Origin: Curvularia clavata
Taxonomy: Eukaryota
DNA: 64,000 nt
NCBI GenBank assembly: GCA_023920165.1
Contig: CP089280.1
Coordinates: 558,001 to 622,000, forward strand
Reading direction: 5' to 3'
How positions within the stretch are numbered: position 1 is the stretch's first letter; each line of letters begins with the position of its first letter. The notes under the pieces are model-generated. The model saw only the letters and a list, made by a program, of their open reading frames with translations. It did no database searches and had not been told where the DNA came from. The position numbers were made by a program, and so were the translations under genes. This document shows positions 36,691-51,519 of this stretch, one piece after another.

Positions 36691-39600
36691 ATGAGCGGCT
36701 ATCTCTGGAAATACTATCTCGAAGATGATGTCGACAACTTTCGGCATGTCCTCGCAACTCCCCCGCATACCAGCCGGGCGACAGCACACAAGAGCTTTGG
36801 TGGCTGGCAGCCCGGTGCGTCTCCCGCACCTATGAATGCTAGCCCCAGTAGTCACAACGCTTCTCCCATGGCAAATGCAAAGGCTCGCAAGATGGGTACC
36901 GGTGCGGCCGCCAACTTGAGCCGGTTTGACATCAATAGCCGCGATGCTGCTGGAATGACCATACTGCACCATGCCGCCTCGTCCATGTCTGAGACGGCCG
37001 TTGATTTCGCCCAAGCCCTTCTCGAGCACCCCTGGACTGATCTCTATGTGCAAGATGCCGAGAATGGCTGGACTGCCCTCCATAGAGCCTTTTACTTTGG
37101 AAACATTGCAATTGCGCGCCTCATCTTGAACAGAGACACGCAGGATATCTTGGGCCAGGGCTCCAGTGGCTTCAACCAACATGCCCGTGGGCTTGTCAAG
37201 ATCAAAGACAAGGAAGGATATGGTCCCTTAGATCTATTCTCCATGACCATAAAGGATCGTACTTTGCGCCCGGAACAATCTCCCATTCAGGAAGACGACG
37301 ATGACGACGACATGGCTCATGGCGACAGTGGCGATGTTGACGATGAGATGCGCAAGAGGCTGATTGTCCCGCTTGTTTCCCTAGATGGAGATGAGGTATA
37401 CACGTTTGGCAGCAACAAGAACGTCACCCTTGGCTTTGGAGATGAAGACGATCGCCAATTTCCTGAACGCATCACTTTGCGTAGACCAGACCACCTCCTG
37501 CAGCGCTTTTATAAAGAACATCTCGACCGACAAAACCAACGTTATGCAGCCATGGGTATACCCACCCAGGACTCAGGCTTCCAGCCGCGCAGTACAGTAG
37601 ATTTACCGACACACATTCGTAATACCCCGATAGTCATCCAAGATGTCCGCATGTCTAAGCTGCATACCGCCGTCCTAACAACTGACCCCGTATCCAATCT
37701 CTACATGTGTGGCCATGGCCCAGGTGGTCGGTTGGGCACAGGCAATGAAACTACAAGATACCAATTCACATGCATTGAGACTGGCGGATTGGGTCAGAAG
37801 CATATTGCTGCCGTCGCTTTGGGACAAAACCACACACTAGCCATTACAGAAGAAGGTGAGGTATTCTCGTGGGGTAATAATGCTTACGGACAACTTGGCT
37901 ACGCATTGCCCAAGCCCACTGTCAAAGATGACGACCCAATCTCAACCGTACCCCGTCAAATCTTTGGCCCGCTCAAGCGCGAAATCGTCACAGGAATCGC
38001 CGCATCGCGCATTCATTCTGTTGTACACACGGCAACTTCCTTGTATACATTTGGCAAAAATGAGGGTCAGCTAGGCATCGTTGACTCGGACGCTCGATCT
38101 CTAGAAATGCAAGTCGTTCCTCGGAAAATCGCTGCTGCACTTTTTTCAAGTCCAATCCACTCTGTGTCGGCCATAGACGGTGCCACAATATGTCTTCTGG
38201 AGAGTCGCGAAGTCTGGGTCTTTGCAAATTACGGCTATGCAAAGGTCAGCTTTCCTTTGGATGGATTCACTAGCAATTTTCTCAAGGAGAGCTGGTTGAC
38301 CACAAAGTACGACACTGCGCCAAACAAGATCAACAAAATTACATCAGGAGGCGATACCATATGCGCACTGTCCACATCAGGCGAAGTCTTTACTGTCGCC
38401 GTCAGCCGACGATCCGAATCTTCACAAGATGCTAGCACGTCAACAACAAATCCTAAGCAAATCAGGGGGGCTCTCTCTGCACCTTTCCGCATCTGGTCGT
38501 CCAAGAAGAGCCACATGGCCGCTAGAGACGTGGATGTAGATCAGGACGGGTCGATCATATTGACAACCGAAGCCGGAAGTGTCTGGAAACGCACCAAAAG
38601 AGCAACCATCAAGAATGCCACCATTAGTGCTGCTGTCGAGAGCAAACCAAAAGATTACAAGTTCCAGCGAGTCTCTGGTCTTACTCGAGTCATTGCGGTT
38701 CGCGCTTCTGCTTTTGGAGCCTATGCTGCGATACGCAAGGATTGCAATGTTACTAGGACGCAAATAGGTGTCGACGAAGCTAGTCTATGGGACCATTTCT
38801 CTCCTCTGCTAGCCTTCCACGAGTTGACCAACTACGAAGAGACTTCAGATGACGAGGAGCCTACCCCCAGATTCTGGACTAGAGGCACAGACGCCCAAGG
38901 CCTTCGTAAGCGAGTTTTGAAGTCCAAAGACTTGGAAACTGAGGTAGCCGATATTGTCCAGCGCACTTTGGCATCGTCAGACCACTCCTACAACATGGAA
39001 ATCGGATCTACCCTCTCTGAAGTACGCATACCCGTCCACGAGTTCATCTTGGCTGGACGCAGTCGCATTTTGCGGGATGCTCTGTTAGATTTCCGAGTCA
39101 AAGGTTCTAACCACACCATCACGGATTTACTCACTATAACAGGCGAGGATAAAAAGATTGTGGTACTGTTCCAGGGTGTTGACTTCCTTACCATATTCAA
39201 TTTGGTCCTGTACGCCTACACCGATTCAATAATCGACTTCTGGAACGTCACGCGGCACTACCCTACTATGGCGCACAGATATCGTGCTGTGCGCATTGAG
39301 TTGATGAAAATCGCTCTCCGTCTGGAAATGAGGCAACTGGAGCCTGCTGTACGCCAAATGGTAAATCCCCGGAAATCTTTACACATGGACATGGAGTTGG
39401 CCATCAAAGAACAATCCTTCTTCGAGAGCGGCGACGTCATTGTCGACCTTGCAGATGGCGAAATGTTGTTGCATTCGGATGTCATCTGTCAGCGCTGTCC
39501 CTTTTTTGAGGGTCTGTTCAGGGGGCGTGCTGGAGGTCAGTGGCTTGCTGGCAGGCAGAATGAGGAGTCTTCCCTCATTCACATCGACTTGACACACGTC

Positions 39601-41642
39601 GAGACTCGTCTTTTTCAGCTTGTGGTGCGCCATTTGTACACTGATGCTGGCGAAGAGATCTTTGCAGACGTCACTAGCGAGGATTTGAACGACTTGTTGG
39701 CCCTTGACGAACTGCTTGATCATGTCATGGACGTCATGTCCGTTGCTAACGAGCTAATGCTTGACCGCCTCTCGCAAATCTGCCAGAGATTGATTGGTCG
39801 CTATGGTATGTTGTTACTATACCATGATTGTACATGATTGCTAACTTAGCCGTAGTCAATGCTCGCAATGTTTGCTCTCTTCTTACAGCGGTTGCGCCGA
39901 GCTCGGTAGCAGAGTTCAAGGATGCGGCTCTAGAATACGTGTGCCTAAGTCTAGAAGCCGTAATGCAAAACGGCTCTCTAGACGAACTTGACGACGACTT
40001 GTTGTTAGAGCTTAACCAGGTCGCCCATGAGAACCAGCTTGCTTATCTACCTTTTGCACGAAGTGGGCGGGCTGAGGCGCTTCTGTTCGATCATCATCCA
40101 GAGCTTGCCGAAAGGATTGAGCGAGGAAAACGAGCCAAAATCGATGCCATAGTGTTGTCCAACAAATACGCAGAGAGCGATAATTTGTCGAGCTCGTTTC
40201 GAGCCCAGAGTCTGGAAGAGGTAGCAGCTTCTCCCCTCCGCCAGCGCAACAAGAGACGCGTATCCAAGGAAGCAAAGAGTCCCGCACTCGCTCCCACTCT
40301 CAAGGGCAAATCCTCTGCCCAGGATCTGATGTTTGAAATGTCTGATGGGGAAGAGGAGATCGACATACCCAAGAAGATCAAGCCTCCACAATTCACTGAT
40401 TACGGTGATGACAAGAAAGGTGTTGAAACACCTGTCGGTTCCCTTGAGTCGCCATGGGGTTTGGTTCAGAAGTCGAGTCGGTCATCGCCTCAAGTTTTGG
40501 TAACAGATAGAGATATATCCCTCAAGTCTATCAGTCCTCTGCCTCCGCCGGCCATCAAAGAGACCCGACTACCAGATCAGCCCTGGGGTACGGCACCACT
40601 GGCAGGTCCCAAGCTTGATCTCAAAGATATCATGGCCCAAGACTCTTCAGCCACTCCTTCAAACCTATCTCTCGGATTCTCTCGAAAGGAGGACGAACGC
40701 ATTGCAAAGGCTGCCCATACGAAACTTTCCCAAAAAGAACGCAAGCGTCTTCAACAAGCTCAGCAGCTGGGTACACCGCTTGAGAAACCACAACCTGCGC
40801 CACCAGCTGTATCGCCGTGGCAGGCTGCTGCGCATCGAAAACCAAGTCACAGCCCAGCTGTGCCCCCGACAACACAGCCGTCGCCCAAACCATCGCCGCA
40901 ACCTTCGCGTGCCTCTAGCACCCCTCAACTCACAATGCGCCAGACTGTTGCCAACAAGGGGCCAAACTCAAAACGCAAGGAAGGCCTTCCTGCGTCACAA
41001 AGTCAAGATGCGCACGGTAGTACATCTCCTTCGCAGAAACGCCCTGCAGCTTCGGAACGAGGAATGTCGGTTTCAACTGATCCAATCCCAACACCGCGAT
41101 CAGTGCGCCATATCCCCATGCCCCAGCATTCTCCGACTTCACCCAGCCAGCATCTCAGCATGATGGAAATCTTGTCTCTACAAGAGGCTGAGAAGACATC
41201 AATACGTGACGCGGCAGCCAAACGTAGTCTCCAGGAGATTCAACAGGAGCAAGAATTCCAACAATGGTGGGACCAGGAAAGTAGGCGCGTCATCGAGGAA
41301 GAAGAGCAAACGAAGCGCCTAATCGAACGATATTCTAAAGCCGCTGGCCAGGGTCGAGGCAAGGGAAGAAATAACAAAGGCAGCAAGGCCAAGGCTCAGG
41401 AAAAGAAGGACGATGGGCAAGAAAGCTCGCGTAGCAAAGGAAAGAAAGAGGTGAAGGCTGATCCTACGGCTTCTACTAGTGAGCACACACAAGTAAAGCA
41501 GTCTACGAAGCAAGACGGGTTCAGCCGAGGTGGCCGAGGGCGAACCGGTCGCGGCGGTCGAGGTGGCGCAAGAGGCGGACGACCCCAAACACAGCCTAAA
41601 GATGGCGCCACACAGCAGGGACCGGTCGCAGCTTCGCAATGA
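36691..41642 (+). CDS. Ankyrin + RCC1-repeat + BTB/POZ protein (IBtk/Btb1-like Cul3 adaptor)
   Basis: Ankyrin (GMTILHHAAS, ENGWTALHRAFYFGN), RCC1 (YTFGSNKN.TLG, GRLGTGNE, FSWGNNAYGQLG), BTB (VHEFILAGRS, LHSDVICQRCPFF), intron 39806-39855, SLQEIQQEQEFQQWW, RGG tail. Confidence 0.9.
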
Positions 41643-42671
41643 TGAATTTTGGAACATTATCCTGTAAATATTTAGCATCACAGCATACAATAGAATATAC
41701 ATGTGTATAGTAGAGCAGTTGTAACAGTACAGGGAATACGAAGCCGTTCTTCTCGTCTCTCTAGACCTGAAATGCATTCATATCATGGCAGCATATGAGC
41801 TATCCAAGTCTAATTAGTGGTCAGATAACGTGCTCTTATTATCGTTCAAACCTTACAATATCAACCGGCCAGTATATCGAGTACCTTTATCTTCACGCCA
41901 CAGCATTGCAACAGATGAGCGACCCAGAGCTATCTATCCACTTTCCTCGTGACAATCTGCACTTTGACAATTCGTATATATCTTTTCAAGCAAATGTGTG
42001 AGCGCGGAAAATGGAGTTTCGACATACCAGGGCCCGGAGTCATTATTACTCACTAAATCGTGTTGTGTATAGATATCATGACTGAGGAAAAGCCACTAGT
42101 CATGCTTTTGTCCATTCTCTTAATTGTTCCCCCACGTCCTGCTTTTATTAAATGATTATTATAACCTGCAATATAAGAAATCACATTATCAAGATTCACA
42201 TCACGTCCTTGACCTCAATCTTCAAAATAAAATTCTTCTCATTTTCAATTTCTAAAACACAACCATGCGAAAAAAAAAGAAGACAAAAAAAAAGAGTTCT
42301 GATTATACACATTTCCCATAGAAGCGAAGACGCTTTTTTCACACCCTCTCCTTTCCTACTAATTCCCCGCTCTCTCTTCTTTGAAAATAAACACAAACAG
42401 AAAACCGCAAAAATGCATAATCGCCATCCCATGAATCAGTCTCTCTTCTCGTAAACACTACATAGTCGCGCGCGAAAATAAAATAAAATAACAAACTTGT
42501 TCCGTGAGGAAAAAAAAGGGGGCAGAATGGATACGGATGTGCCACCATCCTTGGTAAGTCTTGAATCCGAAAAAAAAAACTCAGAACTCAACATGCACAT
42601 GCTACGGAATGACTAACTTCACACACCATGCAACCGAAGACCTCAATCCCGTCCAATCTTTCCGACTGATG

Positions 42672-45600
42672 CTATCGGCTGGTAACCAGCAAGTTGCGGT
42701 AGTAGCTCGTGCTCAGGTCGATCGAGTGTTTGAGCCAAAGGTCTTCGGTAAGTGGTAGCTTGAGGATAGCGTTGCGGTTTGCGCTCTGCAATATTGTTAG
42801 TGGGATTGTTTGGATGGTCATAACAGGGTTAGGAAGACATACCTGGTTCTTGGTAATGAGGTTGGCGACAGTACCGGCAATGTCCATGAGTGCGACACGC
42901 TCTTCCAGCCCACAAGAACCTAATCGGTCGCGCCCAGCAACCTCCAGCGCGCGCTGCAGCTTGACAAGGAGCTCCTCGACCTTGCTCTCTAGCTCCTCGT
43001 CCACGCGGTACGCGGAGCGTTGACCAGTTAGATCGATCAGCTCAATGTAATCAAAGTAAATCTGCCCACCCTGCGCCCAGCCTTGAACGGGCTCCCTTGG
43101 AAGAGGTACGTTGGACTCTGCAACAAATCCGGCCATGAGCTCACGCAGAGCATCGTAATCGCGGGAAATGATTGCCTCAGGACCAACCTTCCTACATAAC
43201 ACTTCATGTGCCTCTTCCAATTCATCGGCCTTGATGAGATGTGTTGCCTCGCGAAGTGCATCGCCGTTTGACTTTGCGTGCAGGGCAGCAGCCGCGTGGA
43301 GCCAGGTCGAAGGAACATGGAGATCAGTCACAAGGTGCGTATAGGTCGGGTCGTTGCTGTCCAGAGAGAATAGACCAGCAAATTGGGTGAGGAGAGAGCG
43401 AATGTAGTGCTCACGCATCGGCGCAGAAGATACGTGAGTGTAGACCCAGATGGCAGTTGTCCAAAGCTCTGGTGTATGAAGCGAAGCTGCATACGTGAGA
43501 GCAATCTTGTCGCTCAGCTCAACAAGCGGATCCGCTGCTTGAACGTCGTCTTGGGCCCCTGGAGCAGTCCACGATTGCAGTGAACGGCGGAATCTATCAT
43601 CGCTATCGTCTTCATCTCGGACCGTGGGCATGGCCACTTTGCGTTCGTCTGCCTCGCTGACATCTTCTTGACGGGACTTGAAGAGCTGGAACAACTGGAA
43701 TGATAGCCGAGCGTTGAAGGGATTGCCAGAGACATTCTCAGGAGCCAGCACATTCTCAATGTTTGCAGGAAGATCCATCTTCGCGGAGGCATAAAGCTTC
43801 AAGATACCCCAAAGAAGGTCTTCTCGGTGTTCCGAAGCAGGGTCGTTCCAGCCCATGTCGACTTTGTCCTTCACGAACCAAGGTACTGGCTTGACATCTT
43901 CCCTGCCATCTCTGACAGCATCCGCAAATTGAGCTACAGCCATCTCGATAGGCTCATTGACTAGAGTGCCATACCACAAACGCAGTCCGAAAGCGCGTCG
44001 CCAGTCGAGTCCGAAACGACTGGAAATGTTGAAGGTAGAAGCCCGGTTTTCACTGCCTGCTCCAGTCTTGCCCTCTGATTGGGTGCAGTTTCCAGCAAGG
44101 AGCTCGTACAATGCACGATGAGCGTCCTCCATCTCGGAAAGTGTATCAAGACGACGCCACTCTTCAATCTGGGCGGCCATACTCTGCCTCATGGTTTCGT
44201 CGCCTCCAATCTGAGCGACCATCGTAGCCAGTCGAAGATCGAGACCATCAAGCAAAGTATGACAGGCATCGGCGACGTTGTTGCACGATAAATGCGCAAG
44301 AGCACGCTCCTCCGGAGACACGGCTTGTTGAACATGTTTTTGTGCATCATCCCAGACCAATAGCCTCCAGAACTCTGAAAGCTTTTCCTTTCGATACAGC
44401 TTCATCTCCTCTACTTGAATACCCGCGGGAACCCTATCGGCATCGTCAAACAGAAGAGAGAGCAATTGCCAAGCCTGCTGCTCCTGAGTGCCAGCGGTAG
44501 TATCGAGCGCGACAGCCTTTGCCATGGTCGAGAACTCCAGTGGAGCAGGATCTGTCATAACCTTTGCCGATGGAATACCATTCGGGGTATAAATTCGGGT
44601 ATGTTGTTTCTGGATTTTCAAAGTCTCGGGTGCAGCCTGAGGTTGTTAATGCTAAACTTGCGACATCCGAATGACCGTTTGTACTTACATCGTCGAACGT
44701 AGGCATCTTGGCAAATCGTACGTCCTTGTTGGCGCCAACGAGTGGTTCTTGAGCAGTTGGAAAGACACCGCCTTCGAGATGCGTGGGGCCTTTGTTGCCA
44801 TAGACCAGGACGTTCGCTTCGCTGAAGTGCGGTTTGCTGCAGGCATGGAATTCCTTCTCGACATCATTAAGCTGGTCGAGATCGGACGAGGTTTTCGGTC
44901 GCTTGGAATAGGGTAACTAGAGAAAAACGTTTCAGCAATCTTGTCACATTAATAACTACATACAACATGGGCAGACTTAAGGTCCAAGCGTCAGTCTATA
45001 AAGGAAACCCCACATAAGGAACCTGCTGCAGACCACGTCCCATGATATCAAAACACTAAAGGGAAGGGGAAGTCAAACCTCTATACCGTGTCCTCCACGC
45101 TTGGCAAATTGTTGCTTTTCCGGTTCTCCGAACAAAGAGTCCATGAGGTCCATTGCAGTAGTGATTGGACGTGCCCGAAAGGACTGTGAGAACTGTGATG
45201 TCTGGAAGTCTTGTTCGCGCAAAGCATGACCCTGGCTTTCGCGAAGGGCTTGTCGATCTTGCTTCTTAGGACTGATCGTGCGTTGCAGCTGATTTGCCCA
45301 ATCGTCATCAAACACTGTCTGCATTTTCGAAGGTGTGCCTGTTGCCGGCTTGAGATATTGACCGGCTTTGAGAATGGATTTTGGCATCAATGAGCCCCTA
45401 GAAATATCTTCCTTGGCGGTGATTTGCTCCGTGGTCTGAACTGGGCTTGACACAGAATCCGCCATGTTCTGGTCGTGCGCCAATTCCGATTCGCTTTCTT
45501 CGGAATAGTCAGCATCTTGCTGTCCATCAAGCGAACCCACGGAGCGATGCCCTAAAAAAGACTCGCCGTGGGTGTCATGCATCTCTTCCTCATCATCATA

Positions 45601-48600
45601 AACCGTGTCATCACCGAACCCACCCGGCACATTGGCACGGCCCCCACGCATACCCTTTTTGAAGTCAAAGGTGTCATCAGGGCTCGACTGCGTAGGACTA
45701 GCAAACGAGTCATCTTGGGGCGTGCTAGTCATCTGGCTTGAGCGATGTTGCTGATCCAGAGGTGTATCGGGAACATCGCTGAGTTCGCTCGAAGAACCAT
45801 CATCCTCGTCATCGCTGTAATCGTCGTAATCCAGACCATACGAGGAGAAATGTGGGACAGTGAAGGTCCATTCGCCAGTAGCTTGGTTGTAGTCGATGAA
45901 GGTGGTACCGGCGACTCGCTTGAGGCGCTCCAGGTGCTTGACGTCCTTCTTACCAGCCTTGTTGCGTGGCCAGGAGTTGCCAAGAACAATTTCTGAAGGC
46001 TGATTCAGCGCAGTGCCAAGTGCAGGCTTCGGCAGGCAGGTGCAGGTTTCGCCATAGACAGTAGCGTTGCGTGCATTCAGCTGCACGATATCTCCGAACA
46101 GCTTATCAAGATCGACTTCAGACAGGTCGACAGGTTCGCCGTGATTGAACTTGATCTGGCCAATGTGTTGACGACCAACAACGAAGTTAGGGATACTCCT
46201 TAGCTCCTGCTTGCTCATCTTCTTTAATCGATCCATGGATGGGCTTGACCAGTACTCGCCTGGCTTGGGGTCCTGTCCAGGCTGAATGTTGACTGACGAA
46301 GACGACTTGGGGGCGAGCACGTGGTCATCGTTGATACGCGCGACTTCCGTGCCGTTAACCTGTTGCATCTCTGGGCGAGAGCTGTCGTTGCTTGCATCAT
46401 GGCTTCCAGACCTAGGAGAACCCTCTTCCTCGTCCTGTCGAACAACCAGTGCAGTCTCTCCATTCGTGTTGCCGTTTAGAGTCTCACCTGCAGCAAAGCT
46501 AACACGCTTCTGTGATGGCTCGTCAAACAGCGGAGTGCGGGCAGCATTGATGTTGCGGTTGATGTTAAGCCGCTTCAGACTGCCGTTGCCAAAGTTGCGT
46601 CCGGTGGTTGAAAATGCACCTGGGGACAGGATGCTCGTCTCGGCAGTGAAGTTGTTGCGAAGGTTGCTGCTGGACAAGCTTTTCCCGAGTGATCGGGAAA
46701 GTCCGCCATTGGCGAAGAGACTTCCACTCAAGCTTGGGGTACCGGCCTGGCTGGATGATCCACTAGCTGGGGTGCCATAGTTTGAGTAGCTGAATCCATA
46801 ACCACCCCTCTTGGTTTGTGGGGTAAGGAGGCGAGTCGATGCAGCTGGATTGAGCTTGTGCTGAGGTAGTATGGCATTCTTCTTGTTCTTTTGGCTGCTT
46901 GAAAGCGGGGTGGCAAGTGGGCCAGGGCTCTGAGTCGGGGTTCCAAGTCCAGCAAACAAAGCGTCATTACCATATGGGTTAGTGTTCATGGATGTGTTCA
47001 AGAGAGAGCTTCCTGAAGCACCGAATAGGCTGTTGCCATTTTGCTGCTGCTGCTGAGGCTGCTGGTTCTGGCTAGAGAATAGAGATCCACCCAAGGTCGA
47101 CTGCTGGTTGTTGTTCTGCTGGCCAAGAGTGCTGCCAAACAAACCGCCGCCAGTGTTTGTGGTGTTTGTAGAACCACCGAAAAGACCACCGGGCTTCTGT
47201 TGATTGTTATTCTGACCGCCGAAAAGACCTGAGCCACCAGTGTTCTGCTGGTTGTTCTGTGTGCCGAGGTTTCCAAACAGACCTCCACCAGTTGTTCCAG
47301 TGTTGGTGTTGGCGCCTCCAAACAGTGAAGTACCGCCAGTAGCAGGCTTCTGACCAAAGAGTCCGCCTCCAGTGTTGTTGTTTGTTGTAGAACTTCCGAA
47401 CAGCCCACCAGTAGCTGGCTGGCTTTGGTTGGTCTGGCCACCAAAGAGACCACCCCCTGTAGTACCAGTGCTTGCACCCCCGAAAAGGCCCCCAGGCTTT
47501 TGCTGGTTTTGTTGGTTGTTCTGGCCGAAACCACCACCGAAGAGACCTCCAGAAGTTGTGTTCTGTGTCGAGGTCTGGTTGTTCTGTCCGAATCCTCCGC
47601 TGGTTGCACCGCCGCCAAACAAGCCACCACCAGTGTTTGTAGAGGTGTTATTCGCACCAAAAGCCGGAGTAGAAGAGGCCTGATTGGACTGACCAAACAG
47701 TCCGCCGCCACCGGTATTGGATTGGCCGAACGCACCACCCGTGTTTGTAGCACCGCCACCGAAAGGAGTCGAGGTAGTGTTAGTGGTACTGCTGCCACCA
47801 AACAGACCACCGCCAGTCGCAGGCTTGTTTTGGCCAAACAGACCACCGCCTGTTGTCGATGATCCGAAGCCACCAGTTCCTGATCCAAATCCTCCAGTGG
47901 TGTTTGTAGTGGATCCACCTCCAAAAAGGCCACCCGTTGTTCCGGTCGAGGCATTATTGGTAGAGCCGAAGAGTCCTCCGGTGGCAGGCTTGCTCTGCCC
48001 AAAAAGACCTCCGCCAGAAGCGTTGTTGTTCGAGCCGAAAGCAGAACCCGTGTTCTGACCAAACGCGGATGTGGTAGTCGTGTTGCCGCCACCGAACAAG
48101 CCGCCAGTGGTGTTGTTGGTGGCACCGAAGCCGGTGGTACCAGTGGAGGTAGTGTTGTTGCTGCCAAAACCTCCGAATCCAGTACTCTGTCCGAACGCTC
48201 CAGCCTGGCCATTGCCATTACCGTATCGTCGACCTTGGTTGTAATCGGCTACTCGTAGCTCTTCAAGAGAGTAATTCTGGTAGGGTTGTTGGAAGGTGAT
48301 AGTCTGGTATTGCGAGTTGCCAGTGGTGCCATCTTTCTCAGAGAAAGCTTGGAAAGGAGTACTGGCGGTGCCATTGTTGGCAGGAGGGTTGCTGCCTCCG
48401 CCGAAAGCACTACCAGTGTTGGCACCAAAGCCACCTGTAGCGGTAGTAGTGTTGGTCGAGCCGAATGTGCCTCCAGTACTGCCACCTCCGAAGAGGCCGC
48501 CTCCAGTCGTTGTTGAGCCGAAGCCCGTCTTGTTCTGACCAAAGAGACTGCCTCCAGTATTGGTATTGCTGCCGAAAGCTGAGGTAGTGTTGTTGGTTGA

Positions 48601-49255
48601 TCCGAAACCTCCAAACGTGTTTCCGGTAGTGCTGCCACCACCACCAAAGAGGCCGCCGCCTGTAGTTGAGCTGCCAAAGGGCTTGGAGCCGAAAGCAGTG
48701 TTGTTGTTGGTATTAGTGCCGAAGCCACCTGGAAAGTCAAGTTAGTTTCTGATCCGGGCCTTTGTTCAGTACATGGATCCACGCGCGAAGTAGAGCGCCT
48801 CGCAATCGATCGTTCGAGCGCACAAAACGGAGCAGACATATCGAGCGAAAAGATTGAAGCCGGCGGGCCCGCAGGAATCCCGCGATGGACGCGATGGCAG
48901 AGCGCAAACTTTCCACATACCTCCGCCTCCAAAAGGAGAGCTCGAGCTGGCATTGTTGGAACCAAACATTGTGCTGCCCGTGGTGGCGTTGTTGCTCGCG
49001 CCAAATATGCTTGAGCCAGTGTTCGTGTTGGAGCCGAAGCCTGAGGCGGGAGGCACGTTAGACACGGTTCGTGGACCAGGCCGTGGCGATATCGCAGTGC
49101 GCATCAAAGCAGTCGCGCGAGGAATCTGTGCATATTCTAAAGAGAAAGGCTGACTTACCGGTAGAGTTGTTATTAGTTGATCCGAATCCGCCAAAGCCAG
49201 TGGACTGGGTGTTGTTGTTGTTGGAGCCAAAGCCCCCAAAGCCGCCGAAGGACAT
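42672..49255 (-). CDS. NUP98: Nup98-Nup96 nucleoporin precursor (SonB/Nup189/Nup145-type), multi-exon
   Basis: Dense GGLFG/FG repeats, GLEBS motif (YSLEELRVADY), autoprotease site HF|SSY at 45852-45841, Nup96 domain (LDWRRAFGLRLWYG), introns including 45078-44917. Confidence 0.95.
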
Positions 49256-50538
49256 GGTGAATGGTCCAGCGGGTTGCGCGCGTGCTTTGTTCCTAGTTGA
49301 CGAGGTATGCGCGCAAGAATCGCGTGGGCGCGGGGTAGTTGATAAAAATCGAGGTGCAAGGGAGCTCCCGGAGAGGCAGTTGTTTGTGAGAGCTTCGCGG
49401 AAAACGCGCCAAGAGCAGGGCTGCTAGAGCGAGCGCAGCAACGTGCGCGGCGGGCGGGGGAAAAGTGAAGGAAAGTGATTAGAGAGAAATATGCTCAGAC
49501 ACGGAGCTGATTAAGTAGTAGAAGAGGCCGTCATGGAAGGGAATGCGACGGGCGCGATGAGTTTGGTGGGACAAGCAGAAGTGAGGTTGCACTTTAGGAG
49601 CAAGGCACGTCGACATGACGCTAAGCCGCAGGCGGACATCACGTGGACGGTTTTCATGTCTTTTTCCCGCCAGGGCTGTTTCTCTCCGGCCCTAGGCGCT
49701 GCAGATATGACAAAGCATGCTCGCAATTGGCGAATCACACTGTGCGTTTTCGAGGCGCAAGGCGTGGTGCTGTGACGCCTTTTGGATACCTACCGCTGCC
49801 TATGGCTGCCTGGCTGCCTGGCTTGCGGAGCATTCTGTATCTCTCCCATCAGACACCCGTTATGCCAAGTCCAGTGGCCTACAAGTCTCTATGCTGGTCC
49901 AGTCTGTGAGACAAGACCAGAGTGTGCCAGCAAAATGATATGCTGCTTACTAAATCATGCTCTGGTCACACTCGTCGCGTCAGTCAACTTGCTAGCGTGT
50001 CTGTACGGCAGCCTGAGCATGAGATACAATGTAGCCTGGAGCATTGCTGAGACTAGGAAGAAGCCATGGAATTCATCGCAGTCGCACATGCAACCAACCA
50101 CCGTCAACGTCCTCTTCCCGTTCCTTTTCCTCGTCGCACAGAGAGTGGCATGTTTTGCACCCTCCATCTCAGCCCTACTAGAGCCATGAGCCCAAGTCCC
50201 ACCCGCACCAGAAGCAAAGTCGCGCTAAGCTGCAACTAAGCTTCCCACACGTCCACACGCGTCGCGCGTCTAGGGCTGCCGTATACCCTCGCTTCGACGA
50301 CGAAACAAAGAACAAGTCCTGCGGCGCATGGTTGCAGCAGAGGCCACCTTGAACCTGTCCAAGCTCAACTCTCTCCAACTCACTTGCGCTATTCATTGTT
50401 GACCTCACATGTCAACTTGACCGCTGCCGGCGCAACTGCACCATCACCATCACCACCCACCTAGAACAATCCGTGAACATCGCAAGCCACCCTTCTCTAC
50501 CGTCGCAGCGCATATTCTAAACCCTCCAAACCATACAT

Positions 50539-51276
50539 ATGGCGACATCCTCCAACCCGCTCGGCTCCGGCCCCCGCTATGGCCTCGGCCGTACCGCACC
50601 GCCTCCCCAGCCCTCCACGCAGCCTGCCTTCAGCAGTACACCAGCCTACCCACCCAATCCCAAAAACGCCCAGCGCCTTGAATCCGAACGTCTGGAGCGC
50701 GAGCGCGCCGCCCGCGAAAACGCACAACGCATGGAAGCCTCTGGCGCCGCCTCGTTCGCCGAGCTAACAGAGGAACAACGAGAGGAAATCGGCGAGGCCT
50801 TCAACCTATTCGACCTAGACAAGGACGGCTACATCGACTACCATGAGCTGAAAGTGGCCATGAAGGCGCTTGGCTTCGACTTGCCCAAACAAGAGATTCT
50901 GGCTATACTACAACAGCACGGCTCGCCTGCGTCCTCTGCTCAAAACTCAAAACAATCGTCGCGCCAACAGCAGCAACAACAACAACAGCAGTACGCAGCA
51001 CCTGGTCGCCAATTGCTCAGTTTCCAGGCTTTCCAGACACTCATGGCCCAGAGGATCCTGAGTCGTGATCCAAGAGACGAGATTCTGAGGGCGTTTGAAC
51101 TGTTCGATGAAGGCGGCAAAGGCACAATCACGTTGCAGGATCTCACAAGAGTGGCCAGGGAGTTGGGTGAGGCCTTGTCACATGATGAGCTAGTAGCCAT
51201 GATTGAGGAGTTTGATATGGATAACGACAACGCGATAAGCAGAGAAGAGTTTATTCAGATCTGTATGGGCAATTAA
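50539..51276 (+). CDS. CDC31: Centrin (EF-hand spindle-pole-body protein) with a polyQ insert
   Basis: [62 protein letters not shown]. Confidence 0.93.
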   Translation: MATSSNPLGSGPRYGLGRTAPPPQPSTQPAFSSTPAYPPNPKNAQRLESERLERERAARENAQRMEASGAASFAELTEEQREEIGEAFNLFDLDKDGYIDYHELKVAMKALGFDLPKQEILAILQQHGSPASSAQNSKQSSRQQQQQQQQQYAAPGRQLLSFQAFQTLMAQRILSRDPRDEILRAFELFDEGGKGTITLQDLTRVARELGEALSHDELVAMIEEFDMDNDNAISREEFIQICMGN

Positions 51277-51519
51277 GGAGGAATGCACAAATGAAAGCTT
51301 TATATCAATATTAGCAGTCTCATAGTCGTACAAGGCGTTCGCGGTGTTGGGGGCAATTTTAGCCTGGATTCCATGAGCATGTCATTTGTGATTCGATTTC
51401 AAACTTGCTTTATTCGCACCGAGAAACTATGTATTTACAGCTCAGCTCTTCGAGTAGCAGCATGCCGAAAGAAAATCTCAAAATACCAAAAAACATGCTT
51501 AATACACACAGGCCCACGT

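Noticed and set aside
42150..42600. A-rich tract as a possible ncRNA or retroelement tail
   Set aside because: Reads as the T-rich 3' UTR/terminator of NUP98-96 on the minus strand; no snoRNA boxes or target-site duplication seen.
46998..49359. Long alternative-frame and antisense ORFs over NUP98
   Set aside because: Shadows of the GLFG/FG repeat coding sequence.
24183..51276. Rad4 and its known partner centrin in one window; centrin head-to-head with NUP98
   Set aside because: Rad4 and centrin are ~23 kb apart with unrelated genes between them; no evidence beyond chance linkage.
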